DNA of 64,000 nucleotides from a virus: IMG/VR virus record IMGVR_UViG_3300031669_005140; one strand, 5' to 3'. Shown piece by piece: positions 59,635 to 64,000 of this stretch (position 1 is its first letter; each line of letters starts with the position of its first letter). The notes under the pieces were generated by a model. It saw only the letters and a program-made list of their open reading frames with translations, ran no database searches and was not told where the DNA came from. The position numbers and the translations under genes were made by a program.

Positions 59635-60188
59635 TATATGTTTGCTAACTCGTTTATAAACACTATTCAAAGATATCTACCCAATGAAAAACAAACATAC
59701 GTCACAGGAATTATATACATTGTTGGATAATGTATATTTAAAGAACCAAGATAGAATTGAAAACCCACTTTGGGAAATAGTAGACGGTGAATTGCAAGAA
59801 CCAAAGTATGTATACGACTTTGAACGATATATACCCGAAGAGTTTAAGTATCGATGGAATAGTTTAACCAACGGAACCAAAACCGCTTTGTTTCTGGTAG
59901 CAAATAAAGCTGCTGAAAACGAAGTATGGGATTAAATTGTTGCTAACTATTCATACATTCATCAATGATTTAACCACATAAAAGCCATGACCGACAAGCA
60001 GAAGATAGAAACGCTTAGGCGATGTTTTGAGGAGACAATATGGATGGCTATACGGTATGCTCATGGGAGAAATACCTATGCACCGTCCATGGTTAGGGAT
60101 GCCGTAAATGCCTTTAAGACGGTTTTTCCAGACTGGAAGTTGCGCGAAGACAAGGTAGTTCACATATACACTTCAAAAAACCAGATCA

Positions 60189-60479
60189 ATGATAATAATG
60201 TATAGTGAGCCAATAGGCGATTACGTTCACCTAGTCCACGAGGCAGCCAATGGCAGATACGAGCTAACTGGCTACGACCTACACGTTATAGAGGCAGCAT
60301 TGCAGCAACTAGGAGATATTACTAACAATTATAGCGTTGGTGGTGATTATTCCCCGTTGACATTTGAGGAGTGCCTTAGAGAAGAATTTTTGCTTAACAC
60401 TCAAAATTACCCAGCGGAATATCATAACTTATTTAACCAAAAATTTGCACGGGCTAGAAAGCGTTTTGAAGAGCAATGA
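60189..60479 (+). CDS. hypothetical protein reading across a collapsed cassette junction
   Basis: Contains ACTAAC-9 nt-GTTGGT; its 3' half is duplicated at 5338-5474. Confidence 0.5.
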   Translation: MIIMYSEPIGDYVHLVHEAANGRYELTGYDLHVIEAALQQLGDITNNYSVGGDYSPLTFEECLREEFLLNTQNYPAEYHNLFNQKFARARKRFEEQ

Positions 60480-60483
60480 TCAA

Positions 60484-60744
60484 TGACAGTTGGGTATATA
60501 CGAAGTACCCTAACTACAAACTTAAAAATTAGTACAAACCTTAATAGGGTATTTCGTATATACCTTGTTAGCAAATCGTAAAAATTATGCCAAGAGAACC
60601 ATTACCGTTAAAAAGAGAACATAAAGGCGATGTAACTATTAATATTGCTGATATATTCAGAAACGAAGAAATGCAAAAAGAAGCAATAAAAGGATGTAAG
60701 AAACTTAAACCACGTAAACGTAAATAATTTTTATGTTTGCTAAC
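60484..60744 (+). mobile_element. gene cassette K with attC-like hairpin at 60484-60570
   Basis: Arms GGTATATACGAAGTACCCTA/TAGGGTATTTCGTATATACC; ends GTTAGCAAA/TTTGCTAAC (9/9). Confidence 0.75.
60587..60727 (+). CDS. 46-aa cassette-borne peptide (absent from the ORF track)
   Basis: MPREPLPLKREHKGDVTINIADIFRNEEMQKEAIKGCKKLKPRKRK* fills the cassette. Confidence 0.6.
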   Translation: MPREPLPLKREHKGDVTINIADIFRNEEMQKEAIKGCKKLKPRKRK

Positions 60745-60778
60745 TCATTGATAAGTGCAGTTCAATTATTTAACTGTT

Positions 60779-60823
60779 TTTTGACGAACGATTTGCACAA
60801 GTCAAAAATAAGCATTAACATTG
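60779..60823 (+). promoter_or_regulatory. TTTTGACGAACG-type promoter
   Basis: 12-mer, TTTG, then TAACATTG 25 nt downstream of the motif. Confidence 0.65.
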
Positions 60824-60828
60824 CATCT

Positions 60829-61233
60829 ATGGAAAACAACGACATTAAGAATAGGGCTATCATGCATGGGCTTGGCCTAATAGTCAAGGAGCATGATCCA
60901 GACATAGATGACGGCGTATGGACACCGAGCTATAGCTTCTTCGACACCTACACCAATAAGGCTGTATCACTTCACCCTTTCTATGCCCATAAGCTGGTGT
61001 TGCTAGACTTCTCTAAGTATGCCATGATACAGTGGTGGGCACTAGATCGGCTAGAGGAGTTCGGAGGCGGCTACTTTATCTCCAACCATCGATGTGTAGT
61101 TCGGGCGAAAACTTCCGAGGGCTTTATGGTGGAGCATACGGCGGAGGCAGATACGACCGTAAAGGCCATTTTCGAGGCGTTGGCTGCACTATTTATGGCA
61201 GGGCATACGTTTGTGTTCAAGGGTAATAAATAA
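60829..61233 (+). CDS. hypothetical phage protein
   Basis: Likely start MENNDIK, after the promoter. Confidence 0.55.
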   Translation: MENNDIKNRAIMHGLGLIVKEHDPDIDDGVWTPSYSFFDTYTNKAVSLHPFYAHKLVLLDFSKYAMIQWWALDRLEEFGGGYFISNHRCVVRAKTSEGFMVEHTAEADTTVKAIFEALAALFMAGHTFVFKGNK

Positions 61234-61506
61234 CGCTTAATAATGTTGATATGGAAGACAACACGGAGACTGTAACGATCACAAAAATAGCCAACGGCTA
61301 CCAATTAACAGTAATTCACGACCAAACTGGTAGTGTCAATGGATGCGTATTATCAGAAGCAGCATACGAGCTATTACGGTTGCACTTTGTTAGCGATAGT
61401 TTTTCTGCTGACAAGCTGAAAGAGGCATACACTGATGGGTATTTTAGCGATAGTTGGTATGATTTTGATGCTGAGAATTACCGATAAATATTAATTAGGA
61501 GAAATA

Positions 61507-61919
61507 TAACGGTAAGTGTAGCATATCGTTGCGGATTTTGAAACACTTACCTGTCAATTTACACGAAATGAAAATAGTAGCACAAATATTCAATAACCTG
61601 CTAACCCGCAATGGATGCTACACATTGTTATGGGCTGGCGTTTAATACTTTATAAAAATGTACGAAAAATCAAATTCAGAACCAATGCCACAAAAAAGAA
61701 GTGAGCATGAATCAATTGCTAATGACATGGGAAACCATATTTGCAACTTTAGCCCAGAACAACAAAACGAAATGTTAAGAACTATTCGACAAATTGTTGC
61801 AGAGCGTAGGCAAATGAACATTGAAGAAACTGAAAAGCAACTTGCTTATTTAAAAGAAACTTTTCAGAATTTGTAGGTTATTCGGGTGAGCGTGGGAATG
61901 TCTTACGCTTGCCCATAAC
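61507..61919 (+). mobile_element. gene cassette J with attC-like hairpin at 61507-61630
   Basis: Arms GTGTAGCATATCGTTGCGG/CCGCAATGGATGCTACAC; ends GTTATGGGCTGGCGT/ACGCTTGCCCATAAC (13/15). Confidence 0.8.
61658..61876 (+). CDS. hypothetical cassette protein J
   Basis: 72-aa helical ORF within the cassette. Confidence 0.65.
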   Translation: MYEKSNSEPMPQKRSEHESIANDMGNHICNFSPEQQNEMLRTIRQIVAERRQMNIEETEKQLAYLKETFQNL

Positions 61920-62178
61920 TAACTAATAAAGCATATACTATGAAGACGATTTATGAGCACGAAACCAATTTTAAACAATTTTACAGCTCTATGCTTAAGA
62001 TTGGGGAGATGATGCAGGTTGATGATACTGACGAAGACTATGGGGGGCATGTTTTGCTTATGACATTCAGGGGGATTATCTCGTTAACTTATCCCGATTA
62101 CACATGGGCATGTGGGACAGAACTACCTGGTCGTAAACTAGGAAAAGACGAAGTAGTTATCTTAATTCAGGAATAGCC

Positions 62179-62721
62179 ATGAAATACTTTAAGACGATTC
62201 TTTACTACCTATCCTTCGTTGTTATGATCTTCTTTATAGACTTCTTCGTTGGACGCAGGACAGCCAAGACAATTATTCGGACCAATACCGTAACGAAGGT
62301 AGACACCATTCGTACGCACCACGAGACTACGGTTATTAGGTATGTGGCCAGCAAGCCAGAGCAGGTGCATGATACGGTATACCTAGATACCAACGGCAGG
62401 AACAACTACATTCGGGAGTTCAAGGACACTGTTGGAGATATAAAGGTAAGTTCGGTCGTTAACGGAACGCTGTATAGCCAAGAGGTGGATGCCAAATACA
62501 GGATACCGTCTACCCATTCAGTAGATACCTTCTTTGTAAACAAAACAACTACTACAACTCAGATAAGGAATGCGGGAGGCTTATTTATTGGAGCTAATAC
62601 CTCTGGACTGATTGGAGCGTCGTATGTAAAGGGCAAGTGGCAGGTAGATGCTGGATACTCCGTTGTGAACGATGCCTTCGGTAACAGGTTTGTGGCCGGA
62701 GTGAAGTATAAGATTTGGTAA
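62179..62721 (+). CDS. putative Bacteroidota-phage spanin-like protein
   Basis: N-terminal transmembrane segment, DTI/DTV repeats, outer-membrane-like C-terminus GVKYKIW. Confidence 0.55.
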   Translation: MKYFKTILYYLSFVVMIFFIDFFVGRRTAKTIIRTNTVTKVDTIRTHHETTVIRYVASKPEQVHDTVYLDTNGRNNYIREFKDTVGDIKVSSVVNGTLYSQEVDAKYRIPSTHSVDTFFVNKTTTTTQIRNAGGLFIGANTSGLIGASYVKGKWQVDAGYSVVNDAFGNRFVAGVKYKIW

Positions 62722-63700
62722 CTTAAAAACTAAGTAATATGAAGAATGTTTGTGTTAATTCTAGGGTAAACAAGTGGCATGGAGTAAAGACCGACGAAGA
62801 TGGTATGTCTATCATTCCCGTTGTCACCGAGATTGAGAACGACGGAGATGTTGATGTTGATATCCTTTTTGATTTCTATCAAGTTTCTCTTTACCGTGTA
62901 ACCACTACTGGTATATCTGTAGTGGGTACCGCACATCCAATGGTTGGATTTAATCGGTATCACCGTGGAAGGTTGCGTAGTGGGGCAGTAATAAGCATTC
63001 CATCTGCTATTATAGCAGAGGTTAATCCAGAAGACATGCTGCTTGTCCAAACGCAGTATCGTATCGATGTGTCCAAATATCGACTGTTTGGGTTTTTGCT
63101 GTGGAAAAAGATTATCGGAATGACTTGTCAGGATATTTTCTTCTTATAGCAGAGATAATGAAAAACTTTAAGTTTACTCGTGATACCTATAACGGAATAG
63201 TTGCGCTAGCCAACATGGATTACGCCCGTGAGGTTTATGTGTGCCTAAAGAACATAAGTCCAGACAAATTCTTTGAATTGATAGAGTTCTCCTATTCGCT
63301 ACCAGAAGGTGCAACGATAAATCCAAATGAGCGAATTATAAAGGACGGATTACTGTACATTCATATTGTAACAGGAGACCTTAACTTGTCCGTAGAGCAT
63401 TATAGCAAATATAATATTTGCTCAAGGATGATGAGGAAAGACCAAGGTATTAGCGTATACAGTAGGTGAAAGATGTTAGGCCATTGCTGATGGGCGTAGG
63501 CGTCCGGCTGGAACGGTTCGGGGAAAGTGCATATATCTCTGGTGATTCATAACCGGCTGCGGAACAGGGTATCAACCGAGGATGAGGTTCTGCTAATTTC
63601 TGGAAAGCATTATGTAAAAGGTGCTACACTCGACATGGGTGGTTACAGTAAGCTCGGCAATGGCCATTTTTTAGAAATTAATTTTAAACTAAATAAAAAG

Positions 63701-63750
63701 GTAAACTACCCACCCACGCAAAGCGGACCAATGGGTTTCCTTGCCAAAAA
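63701..63750 (-). mobile_element. second mini IS200/IS605 end remnant
   Basis: Plus strand GTAAACTACCCACCCACGCAAAGCG..ATGGG matches the tnpB right end GTGAACTACCCACCCACGCCAAAGGCGATGGG. Confidence 0.65.
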
Positions 63751-63754
63751 TATT

Positions 63755-63967
63755 ATGAAAATCGATGAACTACGTGCATATGCAGAAGAAAATGGATTTG
63801 ATGACTTGGAATTCGAATTTACAAATCTATTGGGCGAAGTAAAGAAATGTAAATGGCTAGATGCCTATTTGGTTTTTTTTAAAATTGATGGTGGTACTGG
63901 ATTTATTACAGTAGACCAATGGAAAAAAATTACTGGTGATGTATTTGAATTTAAATTAATATCTTAA
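63755..63967 (+). CDS. hypothetical phage protein
   Basis: Probable true start MKIDELRAY, immediately after the IS remnant. Confidence 0.55.
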   Translation: MKIDELRAYAEENGFDDLEFEFTNLLGEVKKCKWLDAYLVFFKIDGGTGFITVDQWKKITGDVFEFKLIS

Positions 63968-64000
63968 TTAATATATATGATTTATTCGATTTTGTGTGCG

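Larger units (their letters stand above)
58898..59658 (+). mobile_element. two-cassette array with a collapsed linker, ending at an attI-like site
   Basis: GTTATAG (58898)/CTATAAC (59383); short linker to GTT at 59400; terminal TAACTCGTTTATAAACAC at 59646 is identical to the sites at 13780 and 19673. Confidence 0.6.

Noticed and set aside
5338-60492. Diversity-generating retroelement template/variable repeat pair
   Set aside because: No reverse transcriptase in the window, and the few differences are not confined to adenines.
63527-63754. N-terminal extension of the 146-aa ORF
   Set aside because: It reads through the IS-end remnant; the ATG at 63755 with an AT-rich leader is a more plausible start.
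1-64000. Prophage integrase or integron integrase
   Set aside because: No ORF with the R-H-x-x-R-H/W-Y tyrosine recombinase pattern or a serine recombinase signature was recognised.

Overview
The window is part of a lytic, podovirus-like phage of Bacteroidota with a crAss-like structural gene order, read in the standard genetic code. Transcription diverges near 23,450. The left arm (minus strand) carries small early genes, denV, two GroES-like genes, Prim-Pol, an SMC/AAA ATPase, a DnaN clamp, a DUF3127 SSB-like protein, an RNase H-like exonuclease and a TnpB-only IS200/IS605 element. The right arm (plus strand) carries terminase, portal, scaffold, capsid, tail spike, ring and stabilisation proteins, three ejection-type proteins, the lysis genes and more small ORFs. 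The most striking unexplained structure is a dispersed, integron-like gene-cassette system. At least 7 small arrays hold accessory genes bounded by mutually complementary GTTA-N(5-11)...N(5-11)-TAAC ends and separated by attC-like imperfect hairpins. Each array ends at a conserved attI-like site, TAACT(A/C)GTTTATA, at its transcriptional 3' end. The polarity is therefore inverted relative to classical integrons: the hairpin lies upstream of its gene and often contains the start codon. No integrase was seen in the window. Other notable items are two small lysine-rich genes overprinted in the +1 frame of the 2488-aa protein, a fixed-spacing TTTTGACGAACG promoter motif, two tRNA-like RNAs lacking normal anticodon arms, and two ~50-bp mini-IS200/IS605 derivatives. 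All functional calls rest on motif recognition and synteny by eye; no database searches were run.
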